A stretch of 64,000 nucleotides of DNA from Bugula neritina (lineage: Eukaryota; Animalia; Bryozoa): assembly GCA_964035545.1 (NCBI GenBank), contig OZ037769.1:9700433-9764432 (forward strand), read 5' to 3'. This document shows, piece after piece, positions 1-18,300 of this stretch; position 1 is the first letter of the stretch; each line of letters begins with the position of its first letter. The notes beneath the pieces are model-generated. The model saw nothing but the letters and a program-made list of their open reading frames with translations. It did not search any database and was not told the DNA's origin. A program made the translations under genes and the position numbers.

Positions 1-3000
1 TGTACTATTCGGAAATGTACTGTAACATACTGATATTTACTGTAACACACTGAAATATACTGCAAAATACTGAAATACACTGTAACATACTGAAATATAC
101 TGCAACATACTGCAACATACTGCAACATACTGAAATACACTGTAACATACTGAAATACACTGCAACACACTGAAGTATACTGTAATATATAGAAATGTAC
201 TGTAACATACTGCAACATACGAAAAGATATTGAAATTTACTGCAACATACTAAAATATATGGTAACCTACTGAAAAATGTGGCAAACTAATGAAATATAC
301 TGCAACATACTGCAAGATAATGAAATATACTGAAACACACTGTAACATACTGAAGTATACTGTAATATACAGAAATGTACTGTAACATACTGAAACATAC
401 GTCAACATATTGAAATTTACTGCAACATACTGAAATATACTGCAAGATACTGCAACACACTGAAATACCTTGTAAGGTTCTGAAATGCAGTGCAACATAC
501 TGCAACATACTGCAACATACTGCAACATACTGAAATATATGGTAACCTACTGAAACATACTGAATTACACTGTAACATACTGAAATACACTGCAACATCC
601 TGCAACATACTGAAATACACTGTAACATACTGAAATACTTTGCAACACATTGGAATGTACTGCAACATAATGAAATATATGATAACCTACTGAAATATGT
701 TGCAAACTACTGAGATATACTGCAACATCCTTCAACATAATAAAATATATTGTAACACAGTGAAATATACTGCAAAATTTTGAAATATACTGTAACATAC
801 TGAAACATACGCAACATACTGAAATATACTGCAGCATACTGAAATATAATGCAAGATACTGCAACATACTGAAATACACTGTAACATACCGAAATACACT
901 GCAACATATTCAAATACACTGTAATATTTTGAAATACACTGCAACACATTGAAAAATACTGCAACATACTGAAGTATACTGCGAGACATTGAAATATACT
1001 GCCACATAATGAAATATGCTGTAGCATACTGAAATACACTGCAACACATTGGAGTATACTGTACTATACAGAAATGTACTGTAACATACTGAAACATACG
1101 TCAACATACTGAAATGTACTGCAACATGCTGAAATACACTGCAACACATTGAAATATACTGCAACATACCGAAATATATGGTAACCTACTGAAATACGTT
1201 GCAAACCACTGAAACATATTGCGATATACTGCAACAAAATAAAATATACTGTAACACACTAAACGATACTGCAAAATGCTGAAATATACTGTAACATACT
1301 GAAACATACTGCAACATACTGAACTATACTGCAACATACTGAAATATACTGCAAGATACGGCAGCATACTGAAATACACTGTAACATACTGAAATACACT
1401 GTAACGTATTGAAATACACTGCAACACATTGAAATATACTGCAACATACCGAAATATGTGGTAACCTACTGAAATATGTTGCAAACCACTGAAACATACT
1501 GCGATATACTGCAACAAAATAAAATATACTGTAACACACTAAACGATACTGCAAAATGCTGAATTATACTGTAACATACTAAAACATACTGCAACATTCT
1601 GAAATATACTGCAACATATCGAAGTATATAGTAATATACGAACATGTACTGTAACATACCGAAACATACTGAAATATCCTGAAACATACTGAAATATACT
1701 AGAACATACCGAAACATACTGAAACATCCTGAAACATACTGTAATATACTAGAACATACTGAAACATACTGTAACATAAAGAAATATACTGTAACACACT
1801 GAAATATACGGCAAAATACCTGATTATGTTGTAACATACTGAAACATTCTGTAACATATTGAAATATACTGCAACATACTGAAAAATACTGCAACGTACT
1901 GCAACATAATGAAATAGACTGTAACATATTGAAATACACTGCAACACATTGGAGTAAGCTGCAACATACCTATATATACGGTAATATACTGAATGATACT
2001 GTAACACAATAAAACATACCGCATTATAGTGAAATACTCTGCAACACACTGAAGTATACTGTAATATACAGAATAATACTGCAACATACTGAAAAATACT
2101 GAAACATACTGCAACATACTGAAATACACTGTAACATATTGAAATACACTGCAACACACTGGAGTATACTGTAATATACAGTAATGTACTGTAAAATATT
2201 GAAACATACTGAAACATACTGCAACGTACTGAAACACACTGAAACATACTGAAATATACCGCAACAAACCGAAATATTCGGTAACATACTGAAATAGGTT
2301 GCAAACTACTAAAACATAATGCAACATACTGCAACATATTGAAATACACTGCAACACATTGAATTATACTGCGTCACACTGAAAGTTACTGCAACATACT
2401 GCAACATACTGAAATACACTGCAACATACTGAAATACACTGCAATAGATTGAAGAATACTCCAACATACTGAAATATGCTGTAGCATGCTGAAAGACACT
2501 ACAACTCACTGATGTATGGTGTACTATTCAGAAATGTACTGTAACATACTGATATTTACTGTAACACACTGAAACATACTGCAAAATACTGAAATACACT
2601 GTAACATACTGAAATATACTGCAACATACTGCAACATACTGAAATACACTGTAACATACTGAAATACACTGCAACATACCGCAACACACTGCAACATACT
2701 GAAATACTTTGAAACATATTGAAATACACTGCAACGCATTGAAATATACAGCAACATACCGGAATATATGGTTTCGTACTGAAAAAAACTGTAGCACATT
2801 GAAACATACCGCATTATAGTGAAATACTCTGCAACACACTGTAGTATACTGTAATATACAGAAATGTACTGTGAAATACTGAAACATACAACAACATACT
2901 GAAATATACTGCAACATATTAAATTACACATACTGAATTATAATTCAACATAGTGATAGGTTTCTAAAAATATTGAAACATACTGAAATACACTGTAAGA

Positions 3001-6000
3001 TATTGAAATACACTGCAACACATGGGAATATACTGCAAAATATCGAAAAACATGGTAACCTACTGAAATATGTTGCAAACTACTGAGATATATTGCAACA
3101 TACTTCAACATAATAAAATATACTGTAGCACAGTGAAATATACTGCAAAATTTTGAAATATACTGTAACATACTGAAACCTACGCAACATACTGAAATAT
3201 ACTGCAGCATACTGAAATACACTGTAACATATTGAAATACTCTGCAACACACTGAAGTATACTGTAATATACAGAAATGTACTGTAAAATACTGAAACAT
3301 ACTGAAACACACTACAACATACTGAAACATACTGAAACATACCGCAACAAACCGAAATATTCGGTAACATACTGAAAGAGGTTGCAAACTACTTTAAATA
3401 CAATGCAACATACTGTAACATATTGAAATACACTGCAACACAATGAATTATAATGCGACACACTGAAAGTTACAGCAACACACTGCAACATACTGAAACA
3501 CACTGCAACATACTGAAATACACTGTAACACATTGGAATATACTGCAACATACCTAAATATACAGTAAATTACTGAAATATACTTGAACACATTGAAAAA
3601 TACTCCAACATACTGAAATATGCCGTAGCTTGCTGAAAGACACTACAACTCACTGATGTATGGTGCACTATTCAGAAATGTACTGTAACATACGGATATT
3701 TACTGTAACACACTGAAACATACTGCAAAATACTGAAATACACTGTAACATACTGAAACATACGTCAACATACTGAAATGCACTGCAACATGCTGAAATA
3801 CACTGCAACACATTGAAATATACTGCAACATACCGAAATATATGGTAACCTACTGACATACGTTGCAAACCACTGAAACATATTGCGATATACTGCAACA
3901 AAATAAAATATACTGTAACACACTAAACGATACTGCAAAATGCTGAAACATACTGTAACATACTGAAACATACTGCAACATACTGAACTATACTGCAACA
4001 TACTGAAATATACTGCAAGATACGGCAGCATACTGAAATACACTGTAACATACTGAAATACACTGTAACGTATTGAAATACACTGCAACACATTGAAATA
4101 TACTGCAACATACCGAAATACGTGGTAACCTACTGAAATATGTTGCAAACCACTGAAACATACTGCGATATACTGCAACAAAATAAAATATACTGTAACA
4201 CACTAAACGATACTGCAAAATGCTGAATTATACTGTAACATACTAAAACATACTGCAACATTCTGAAATATACTGCAACACATCGAAGTATATAGTAATA
4301 TATGAACATGTACTGTAACATACCGAAACATACTGAAATATCCTGAAACATACTGTAATATACTAGAACATACTGAAACATACTGTAACATAAAGAAATA
4401 TACTGTAACACACTGAAATATACGGCAAAATACCTGATTATGTTGTAACATACTGAAACATTCTGTAACATATTGAAATATACTGCAACATACTGAAAAA
4501 TACTGCAACGTACTGCAACATACTGAAATAGACTGTAACATATTGAAATACACTGCAACACATTGGAGTAAGCTGCAACATACCTATATATACGGTAATA
4601 TACTGAATGATACTGTAACACAATAAAACATACCGCATTATAGTGAAATATTCTGCAACACACTGAAGTATACTGTAATATACAGAATAATACTGCAACA
4701 TACTGAAAAATACTGCAACATACTGCAACAAACTGAAATACACTGTAACATATTAAAATACACTGCAACACACTGAAGTATACTGTAATATACAGTAATG
4801 TACTGTAAAATATTGAAACATACTGAAACATACTGCAACATACTGAAACATACTGAAACATACCGCAACAAACCGAAATATTCGGTAACATACTGAAATA
4901 GGTTGCAAACTACTAAAACATAATGCAACATACTGCAACATATTGAAATACACTGCAACACATTGAATTATACTGCGACACACTGAAAGTTACTGCAACA
5001 TACTGCAACATACTGAAATACACTGCAACATACTGAAATACACTGCAACACATTGAAGAATACTCCAACATACTGAAATATGCTGTAGCATGCTGAAAGA
5101 CACTACAACTCACTGATGTATGGTGTACTATTCAGAAATGTACTGTAACATACTGATATTTACTGTAACACACTGAAACATACTGCAAAATACTGAAATA
5201 CACTGTAACATACTGAAATATACTGCAACATACTGCAACATACTGAAATACACTGTAACATACTGAAATACACTGCAACATACCGCAACACACTGCAACA
5301 TACTGAAATACTTTGTAACATATTGAAATACACTGCAACGCATTGAAATATACAGCAACATAGCGGAATATATGGTTTCGTACTGAAAAAATTGTAGCAC
5401 ATTGAAACATACCGCATTATAGTGAAATACTCTGCAACACACTGTAGCATACTGTAATATACAGAAATGTACTGTGAAATACTGAAACATACAACAACAT
5501 ACTGAAATATACTGCAACATATTAAATTACACATACTGAATTATAATTCAACATAGTGATAGGTTTCTAAAAATATTGAAACATACTGAAATACACTGTA
5601 AGATATTGAAATACACTGCAACACATGGGAATATACTGCAAAATATCGAAAAACATGGTAACCTACTGAAATATGTTGCAAACTACTGAGATATACTGCA
5701 ACATACTTCAACATAATAAAATATACTGTAACACACTAAACGATACTGCAAAATTCTGAAATATACTGTAATATACTAAAACATACTGCAACATTCTGAA
5801 ATATACTGCAACATATCGAAGTATATAGTAATATACGAACATGTAGTGTAACACACTGAAACATACTGAAACATCCTGAAACATACTGTAATATACTAGA
5901 ACATACCAAAACATACTGTAACATAAAGAAATATACTGTAACACACTGAAATATACGGCAAAATACTGGATTATGTTGTAACATACTGAAACATTCTATA

Positions 6001-6510
6001 ACATATTGGAATATACTGCAACATACCGAAAAATACTGCAACATACTGCAACATACTGAAATACACTGTAACATACTGAAATACTTTGCAACACATTGGA
6101 ATGTACTGCAACATATTGAAATATATGATAACCTACTGAAATATGTTGCAAACTACTGAGATATACTGCAACATCCTTCAACATAATAAAATATATTGTA
6201 ACACAGTGAAATATACTGCAAAATTTTGAAATATACTGTAACATACTGAAACATACGCAACATACTGAAATATACTGCAGCATACTGAAATATAATGCAA
6301 GATACTGCAACATACTGAAATACACTGTAACATACCGAAATACACTGCAACATATTCAAATACACTGTAATATTTTGAAATACACTGCAACACATTGAAA
6401 AATACTGCAACATACTGAAGTATACTGCGAGACATTGAAATATACTGCCACATAATGAAATATGCTGTAGCATACTGAAATACACTGCAACACATTGGAG
6501 TATACTGTAC

Positions 6511-9500
6511 TATACAGAAATGTACTGTAACATACTGAAACATACGTCAACATACTGAAATGCACTGCAACATGCTGAAATACACTGCAACACATTGAAA
6601 TATACTGCAACATACCGAAATATATGGTAACCTACTGAAATACGTTGCAAACCACTGAAACATATTGCGATATACTGCAACAAAATAAAATATACTGTAA
6701 CACACTAAAATATACTGCAAAATGCTGAAATATACTGTAACATACTGAAACATACTGCAACATACTGAACTATATTGCAACATACTGAAATATACTGCAA
6801 GATACGGCAGCATACTGAAATACACTGTAACATACTGAAATACACTGTAACGTATTGAAATACACTGCAACACATTGAAATATACTGCAACATACCGAAA
6901 TATGTGGTAACCTACTGAAATATGTTGCAAACCACTGAAACATACTGCGATATACTGCAACAAAATAAAATATACTGTAACACACTAAACGATACTGCAA
7001 AATGCTGAATTATACTGTAACATACTAAAACATACTGCAACATTCTGAAATATACTGCAACACATCGAAGTATATAGTAATATACGAACATGTACTGTAA
7101 CATACCGAAACATACTGAAATATCCTGAAACATACTGAAATATACTAGAACATACCGAAACATACTGAAACATCCTGAAACATACTGTAATATACTAGAA
7201 CATACTGAAACATACTGTAACATAAAGAAATATACTGTAACACACTGAAATATACGGCAAAATACCTGATTATGTTGTAACATACTGAAACATTCTGTAA
7301 CATATTGAAATATACTGCAACATACTGAAAAATACTGCAACGTACTGCAACATACTGAAATAGACTGTAACATATTGAAATACACTGCAACACATTGGAG
7401 TAAGCTGCAACATACCTATATATACGGTAATATACTGAATGATACTGTAACACAATAAAACATACCGCATTATAGTGAAATATTCTGCAACACACTGAAG
7501 TATACTGTAATATACAGAATAATACTGCAACATACTGAAAAATACTGCAACATACTGCAACAAACTGAAATACACTGTAACATATTAAAATACACTGCAA
7601 CACACTGAAGTATACTGTAATATACAGTAATGTACTGTAAAATATTGAAACATACTGAAACATACTGCAACATACTGAAACATACTGAAACATACTGAAA
7701 CATACCGCAACAAACCGAAATATTCGGTAACATACTGAAATAGGTTGCAAACTACTAAAACATAATGCAACATACTGCAACATATTGAAATACACTGCAA
7801 CACATTGAATTATACTGCGACACACTGAAAGTTACTGCAACATACTGCAACATACTGAAATACACTGCAACATACTGAAATACACTGCAACACATTGAAG
7901 AATACTCCAACATACTGAAATATGCTGTAGCATGCTGAAAGACACTACAACTCACTGATGTATGGTGTACTATTCAGAAATGTACTGTAACATACTGATA
8001 TTTACTGTAACACACTGAAACATACTGCAAAATACTGAAATACACTGTAACATACTGAAATATACTGCAACATACTGCAACATACTGAAATACACTGTAA
8101 CATACTGAAATACACTGCAACATACCGCAACACACTGCAACATACTGAAATACTTTGTAACATATTGAAATACACTGCAACGCATTGAAATATACAGCAA
8201 CATAGCGGAATATATGGTTTCGTACTGAAAAAAATTGTAGCACATTGAAACATACCGCATTATAGTGAAATACTCTGCAACACACTGTAGCATACTGTAA
8301 TATACAGAAATGTACTGTGAAATACTGAAACATACAACAACATACTGAAATATACTGCAACATATTAAATTACACATACAGAATTATAATTCAACATAGT
8401 GAGAGGTTTCTAAAAATATTGAAACATACTGAAATACACTGTAAGATATTGAAATACACTGCAACACATGGGAATATACTGCAAAATATCGAAAAACATG
8501 GTAACCTACTGAAATATGTTGCAAACTACTGAGATATACTGCAACATACTTCAACATAATAAAATATACTGTAACACACTAAACGATACTGCAAAATTCT
8601 GAAATATACTGTAATATACTAAAACATACTGCAACATTCTGAAATATACTGCAACATATCGAAGTATATAGTAACATACGAACATGTAGTGTAACACACT
8701 GAAACATACTGAAACATCCTGAAACATACTGTAATATACTAGAACATACCAAAACATACTGTAACATAAAGAAATATACTGTAACACACTGAAATATACG
8801 GCAAAATACTGGATTATGTTGTAACATACTGAAACATTCTATAACATATTGGAATATACTGCAACATACCGAAAAATACTGCAACATACTGCAACATACT
8901 GAAATACACTGTAAAATATTGAATAACACTGCAACACATTGGAGTAAGCTGCAACATACCTAGACATACGGTATTATACTGAAAGATACTGTAACACATT
9001 GAAACACACTGCAACATACTGAAATATGCTGTAGCATGCTGAAAGACACTACAACTCACTGATGTATAGTGTACTATTCGGAAATGTACTGTAACACACT
9101 GATATTTACTGTAACACACTGAAATATACTGCAAAATACTGAAATACACTGTAACATACTGAAATATACTGCAACATACTGCAACATACTGCAACATACT
9201 GAAATACACTGTAACATACTGAAATACACTGCAACACACTGAAGTATACTGTAATATATAGAAATTGACTGTAACATACTGCAACATACGAAAAGATATT
9301 GAAATTTACTGCAACATACTAAAATATATGGTAACCTACTGAAAAATGTGGCAAACTAATGAAATATACTGCAACATACTGCAAGATAATGAAATATACT
9401 GAAACACTGTAACATACTGAAGTATACTGTAATATACAGAAATGTACTGTAACATACTGAAACATACGTCAACATACTGAAATGCACTGCAACATGCTGA

Positions 9501-12398
9501 AATACACTGCAACACATTGAAATATACTGCAACATACCGAAATATATGGTAACCTACTGAAATACGTTGCAAACCACTGAAACATATTGTGATATACTGC
9601 AACAAAATAAAATATACTGTAACACACTAAAATATACTGCAAAATGCTGAAATATACTGTAACATACTGAAACATACTGCAACATACTGAACTATATTGC
9701 AACATACTGAAATATACTGCAAGATACGGCAGCATACTGAAATACACTGTAACATACTGAAATACACTGTAACGTATTGAAATACACTGCAACACATTGA
9801 AATATACTGCAACATACCGAAATATGTGGTAACCTACTGAAATATGTTGCAAACCACTGAAACATACTGCGATATACTGCAACAAAATAAAATATACTGT
9901 AACACACTAAACGATACTGCAAAATGCTGAATTATACTGTAACATACTAAAACATACTGCAACATTCTGAAATATACTGCAACACATCGAAGTATATAGT
10001 AATATACGAACATGTACTGTAACATACCGAAACATACTGAAATATCCTGAAACATACTGAAATATACTAGAACATACCGAAACATACTGAAACATCCTGA
10101 AACATACTGTAATATACTAGAACATACTGAAACATACTGTAACATAAAGAAATATACTGTAACACACTGAAATATACGGCAAAATACCTGATTATGTTGT
10201 AACATACTGAAACATTCTGTAACATATTGAAATATACTGCAACATACTGAAAAATACTGCAACGTACTGCAACATACTGAAATAGACTGTAACATATTGA
10301 AATACACTGCAACACATTGGAGTAAGCTGCAACATACCTATATATACGGTAATATACTGAATGATACTGTAACACAATAAAACATACCGCATTATAGTGA
10401 AATATTCTGCAACACACTGAAGTATACTGTAATATACAGAATAATACTGCAACATACTGAAAAATACTGCAACATACTGCAACAAACTGAAATACACTGT
10501 AACATATTAAAATACACTGCAACACACTGAAGTATACTGTAATATACAGTAATGTACTGTAAAATATTGAAACATACTGAAACATACTGCAACATACTGA
10601 AACATACTGAAACATACTGAAACATACCGCAACAAACCGAAATATTCGGTAACATACTGAAATAGGTTGCAAACTACTAAAACATAATGCAACATACTGC
10701 AACATATTGAAATACACTGCAACACATTGAATTATACTGCGACACACTGAAAGTTACTGCAACATACTGCAACATACTGAAATACACTGCAACATACTGA
10801 AATACACTGCAACACATTGAAGAATACTCCAACATACTGAAATATGCTGTAGCATGCTGAAAGACACTACAACTCACTGATGTATGGTGTACTATTCAGA
10901 AATGTACTGTAACATACTGATATTTACTGTAACACACTGAAACATACTGCAAAATACTGAAATACACTGTAACATACTGAAATATACTGCAACATACTGC
11001 AACATACTGAAATACACTGTAACATACTGAAATACACTGCAACATACCGCAACACACTGCAACATACTGAAATACTTTGTAACATATTGAAATACACTGC
11101 AACGCATTGAAATATACAGCAACATAGCGGAATATATGGTTTCGTACTGAAAAAAATTGTAGCACATTGAAACATACCGCATTATAGTGAAATACTCTGC
11201 AACACAATGTAGCATACTGTAATATACAGAAATGTACTGTGAAATACTGAAACATACAACAACATACTGAAATATACTGCAACATATTAAATTACACATA
11301 CAGAATTATAATTCAACAAAGTGAGAGGTTTCTAAAAATATTGAAACATACTGAAATACACTGTAAGATATTGAAATACACTGCAACACATGGGAATATA
11401 CTGCAAAATATCGAAAAACATGGTAACCTACTGAAATATGTTGCAAACTACTGAGATATACTGCAACATACTTCAACATAATAAAATATACTGTAACACA
11501 CTAAACGATACTGCAAAATTCTGAAATATACTGTAATATACTAAAACATACTGCAACATTCTGAAATATACTGCAACATATCGAAGTATATAGTAACATA
11601 CGAACATGTAGTGTAACACACTGAAACATACTGAAACATCCTGAAACATACTGTAATATACTAGAACATACTGAAACATACTGTAACATAAAGAAATATA
11701 CTGTAACACACTGAAATATACGGCAAAATACTGGATTATGTTGTAACATACTGAAACATTCTATAACATATTGGAATATACTGCAACATACCGAAAAATA
11801 CTGCAACATACTGCAACATACTGAAATACACTGTAAAATATTGAATAACACTGCAACACATTGGAGTAAGCTGCAACATACCTAGACATACGGTATTATA
11901 CTGAAAGATACTGTAACACATTGAAACACACTGCAACATACTGAAATATGCTGTAGCATGCTGAAAGACACTACAACTCACTGATGTATAGTGTACTATT
12001 CGGAAATGTACTGTAACATACTGATATTTACTGTAACACACTGAAATATACTGCAAAATACTGAAATACACTGTAACATACTGAAATATACTGCAACATA
12101 CTGCAACATACTGCAACATACTGAAATACACTGTAACATACTGAAATACACTGCAACACACTGAAGTATACTGTAATATATAGAAATGTACTGTAACATA
12201 CTGCAACATACGAAAAGATATTGAAATTTACTGCAACATACTAAAATATATGGTAACCTACTGAAAAATGTGGCAAACTAATGAAATATACTGCAACATA
12301 CTGCAAGATAATGAAATATACTGAAACACTGTAACATACTGAAGTATACTGTAATATACAGAAATGTACTGTAACATACTGAAACATACGTCAACATA
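6511..12398. repeat. Tandem duplication within Sat-I, unit 2922 bp, ~2 copies
   Basis: Diagnostic variant monomers and matching pseudo-ORFs recur at a constant offset of 2922 (6547/9469, 7145/10067, 8814/11736, 9336/12258). Confidence 0.9.
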
Positions 12399-15300
12399 TT
12401 GAAATTTACTGCAACATACTGAAATATACTGCAAGATACTGCAACACACTGAAATACCTTGTAAGGTTCTGAAATGCAGTGCAACATACTGCAACATACT
12501 GCAACATACTGCAACATACTGAAATATATGGTAACCTACTGAAACATACTGAATTACACTGTAACATACTGAAATACACTGCAACATCCTGCAACATACT
12601 GAAATACACTGTAACATACTGAAATACTTTGCAACACATTGGAATGTACTGCAACATAATGAAATATATGATAACCTACTGAAATATGTTGCAAACTACT
12701 GAGATATACTGCAACATCCTTCAACATAATAAAATATATTGTAACACAGTGAAATATACTGCAAAATTTTGAAATATACTGTAACATACTGAAACATACG
12801 CAACATACTGAAATATACTGCAGCATACTGAAATATAATGCAAGATACTGCAACATACTGAAATACACTGTAACATACCGAAATACACTGCAACATATTC
12901 AAATACACTGTAATATTTTGAAATACACTGCAACACATTGAAAAATACTGCAACATACTGAAGTATACTGCGAGACATTGAAATATACTGCCACATAATG
13001 AAATATGCTGTAGCATACTGAAATACACTGCAACACATTGGAGTATACTGTACTATACAGAAATGTACTGTAACATACTGAAACATACGTCAACATACTG
13101 AAATGTACTGCAACATGCTGAAATACACTGCAACACATTGAAATATACTGCAACATACCGAAATATATGGTAACCTACTGAAATACGTTGCAAACCACTG
13201 AAACATATTGCGATATACTGCAACAAAATAAAATATACTGTAACACACTAAACGATACTGCAAAATGCTGAAATATACTGTAACATACTGAAACATACTG
13301 CAACATACTGAACTATACTGCAACATACTGAAATATACTGCAAGATACGGCAGCATACTGAAATACACTGTAACATACTGAAATACACTGTAACGTATTG
13401 AAATACACTGCAACACATTGAAATATACTGCAACCTACCGAAATATATGGTAACCTACTGAAATATGTTGCAAACCACTGAAACATACTGCGATATACTG
13501 CAACAAAATAAAATATACTGTAACACACTAAACGATACTGCAAAATGCTGAATTATACTGTAACATACTAAAACATACTGCAACATTCTGAAATATACTG
13601 CAACATATCGAAGTATATAGTAATATACGAACATGTACTGTAACATACCGAAACATACTGAAATATCCTGAAACATACTGAAATATACTAGAACATACCG
13701 AAACATACTGAAACATCCTGAAACATACTGTAATATACTAGAACATACTGAAACATACTGTAACATAAAGAAATATACTGTAACACACTGAAATATACGG
13801 CAAAATACCTGATTATGTTGTAACATACTGAAACATTCTGTAACATATTGAAATATACTGAAACATACTGAAACATACTGAAATATACCGCAACAAACCG
13901 AAATATTCGGTAACATACTGAAATAGGTTGCAAACTACTAAAACATAATGCAACATACTGCAACATATTGAAATACACTGCAACACATTGAATTATACTG
14001 CGTCACACTGAAAGTTACTGCAACATACTGCAACATACTGAAATACACTGCAACATACTGAAATACACTGCAACAGATTGAAGAATACTCCAACATACTG
14101 AAATATGCTGTAGCATGCTGAAAGACACTACAACTCACTGATGTATGGTGTACTATTCAGAAATGTACTGTAACATACTGATATTTACTGTAACACACTG
14201 AAACATACTGCAAAATACTGAAATACACTGTAACATACTGAAATATACTGCAACATACTGCAACATACTGAAATACACTGTAACATACTGAAATACACTG
14301 CAACATACCGCAACACACTGCAACATACTGAAATATTTTGTAACATATTGAAATACACTGCAACGCATTGAAATATACAGCAACATACCGGAATATATGG
14401 TTTCGTACTGAAAAAAACTGTAGCACATTGAAACATACCGCATTATAGTGAAATACTCTGCAACACACTGTAGTATACTGTAATATACAGAAATGTACTG
14501 TGAAATACTGAAACATACAACAACATACTGAAATATACTGCAACATATTAAATTACACATACTGAATTATAATTCAACATAGTGATAGGTTTCTAAAAAT
14601 ATTGAAACATACTGAAATACACTGTAAGATATTGAAATACACTGCAACACATGGGAATATACTGCAAAATATCGAAAAACATGGTAACCTACTGAAATAT
14701 GTTGCAAACTACTGAGATATATTGCAACATACCTCAACATAATAAGATATACTGTAGCACAGTGAAATATACTGCAAAATTTTGAAATATACTGTAACAT
14801 ACTGAAACCTACGCAACATACTGAAATATACTGCAGCATACTGAAATACACTGTAACATATTGAAATACTCTGCAACACACTGAAGTATACTGTAATATA
14901 CAGAAATGTACTGTAAAATACTGAAACATACTGAAACACACTACAACATACTGAAACATACTGAAACATACCGCAACAAACCGAAATATTCGGTAACATA
15001 CTGAAAGAGGTTGCAAACTACTTTAAATACAATGCAACATACTGTAACATATTGAAATACACTGCAACACAATGAATTATAATGCGACACACTGAAAGTT
15101 ACAGCAACACACTGCAACATACTGAAACACACTGCAACATACTGAAATACACTGTAACACATTGGAATATACTGCAACATACCTAAATATACAGTAAATT
15201 ACTGAAATATACTTGAACACATTGAAAAATACTCCAACATACTGAAATATGCCGTAGCATGCTGAAAGACACTACAACTCACTTATGTATAGTGTACTAT

Positions 15301-18300
15301 TCGGAAATGTACTGTAACATACTGATATTTACTGTAACACACTGAATTATACTGCAAAATACTGAATTACACTGTAACATACTGAAATATACTGCAACAT
15401 ACTGCAACATACCGCAACACACTGCAACATACTGAATTACTTTGCAACATATTGAAATACACTGCAACGCATTGAAATATACAGCAACATACCGGAATAT
15501 ATGGTTTTGTACTGAAAAAAACTGTAACACATTGAAACATACCGCATTATAGTGAAATAGTCTGCAACGCACTGAAGTATACTGTAATATACAGAAATGT
15601 ACTTTGAAAGACTGAAACATACAACAACATACAGAAATATACTGCAACATATTGAATTACACTGCAACATACTGAATTATAACTCAACATAACTGATAGA
15701 TTTCTAAAAATATGGAAACATACCGAAATACACTGTAAGATATTGAAATACACTGCAACACATTGAAATATACTGCAAAATACCAAAATATATGGTAACC
15801 TATTGAAATATGTTGCAAACTACTGAAATATATTGCAACATACTGCAACATAATGAAATATACTGTACTACGCTGAAAAATAATGCAAAATACTGAAATA
15901 TACTGTAACATACTGAACTATACTGCAACATACTGAACTATACTGCAACATACTGAAATATACTGCAAGATACGGCAGCATACTGAATTACACTGTAATG
16001 AACTGAAATACACTGCAACACATTGAAATATACTGCAACACACTGAAACATACGGCAACATACTGAAATATACTGCGAGACATTGAAATATACTGCAACA
16101 TAGTGAAATATGCTGTAGCATACTGAAATACACTGCAACACACTGGAGTATACTATACTATACAGAAATGTACTGTAACATACTGAAACATACATCAACA
16201 TACTGAAATGTACTGCAACATGCTGAATTATACTACAACATACTGCAACATACTGAAATACGCTTTAACATAATGAAATACACTGCAACACATTGAAATA
16301 TACGGCAAAATACCTGATTATGTTGTAACATACTGAAACATTCTGTAACATATTGAAATATACTGCAACATACTGAAAAATACTGCAACGTACTGCAACA
16401 TACTGAAATAGACTGTAACATATTGAAATACACTGCAACACATTGGAGTAAGCTGCAACATACCTATATATACGGTAATATACTGAATGATACTGTAACA
16501 CAATAAAACATACCGCATTATAGTGAAATATTCTGCAACACACTGAAGTATACTGTAATATACAGAATAATACTGCAACATACTGAAAAATACTGCAACA
16601 TACTGCAACAAACTGAAATACACTGTAACATATTAAAATACACTGCAACACACTGAAGTATACTGTAATATACAGTAATGTACTGTAAAATATTGAAACA
16701 TACTGAAACATACTGCAACATACTGAAACATACTGAAACATACTGAAACATACCGCAACAAACCGAAATATTCGGTAACATACTGAAATAGGTTGCAAAC
16801 TACTAAAACATAATGCAACATACTGCAACATATTGAAATACACTGCAACACATTGAATTATACTGCGACACACTGAAAGTTACTGCGACATACTGCAACA
16901 TACTGAAATACACTGCAACATACTGAAATACACTGCAACACATTGAAGAATACTCCAACATACTGAAATATGCTGTAGCATGCTGAAAGACACTACAACT
17001 CACTGATGTATGGTGTACTATTCAGAAATGTACTGTAACATACTGATATTTACTGTAACACACTGAAACATACTGCAAAATACTGAAATACACTGTAACA
17101 TACTGAAATATACTGCAACATACTGCAACATACTGAAATACACTGTAACATACTGAAATACACTGCAACATACCGCAACACACTGCAACATACTGAAATA
17201 CTTTGTAACATATTGAAATACACTGCAACGCATTGAAATATACAGCAACATAGCGGAATATATGGTTTCGTACTGAAAAAAATTGTAGCACATTGAAACA
17301 TACCGCATTATAGTGAAATACTCTGCAACACACTGTAGCATACTGTAATATACAGAAATGTACTGTGAAATACTGAAACATACAACAACATACTGAAATA
17401 TACTGCAACATATTAAATTACACATACAGAATTATAATTCAACATAGTGAGAGGTTTCTAAAAATATTGAAACATACTGAAATACACTGTAAGATATTGA
17501 AATACACTGCAACACATGGGAATATACTGCAAAATATCGAAAAACATGGTAACCTACTGAAATATGTTGCAAACTACTGAGATATACTGCAACATACTTC
17601 AACATAATAAAATATACTGTAACACACTAAACGATACTGCAAAATTCTGAAATATACTGTAATATACTAAAACATACTGCAACATTCTGAAATATACTGC
17701 AACATATCGAAGTATATAGTAATATACGAACATGTAGTGTAACACACTGAAACATACTGAAACATCCTGAAACATACTGTAATATACTAGAACATACCAA
17801 AACATACTGTAACATAAAGAAATATACTGTAACACACTGAAATATACGGCAAAATACTGGATTATGTTGTAACATACTGAAACATTCTATAACATATTGG
17901 AATATACTGCAACATACCGAAAAATACTGCAACATACTGCAACATACTGAAATACACTGTAAAATATTGAATAACACTGCAACACATTGGAGTAAGCTGC
18001 AACATACCTAGACATACGGTATTATACTGAAAGATACTGTAACACATTGAAACACACTGCAACATACTGAAATATGCTGTAGCATGCTGAAAGACACTAC
18101 AACTCACTGATGTATAGTGTACTATTCGGAAATGTACTGTAACATACTGATATTTACTGTAACACACTGAAATATACTGCAAAATACTGAAATACACTGT
18201 AACATACTGAAATATACTGCAACATACTGCAACATACTGCAACATACTGAAATACACTGTAACATACTGAAATACACTGCAACACACTGAAGTATACTGT

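Noticed and set aside
5385-5392. 1-bp phase shift in an A-run (6 A versus 7 A in sister copies)
   Set aside because: A single-copy homopolymer difference that may be a sequencing error.
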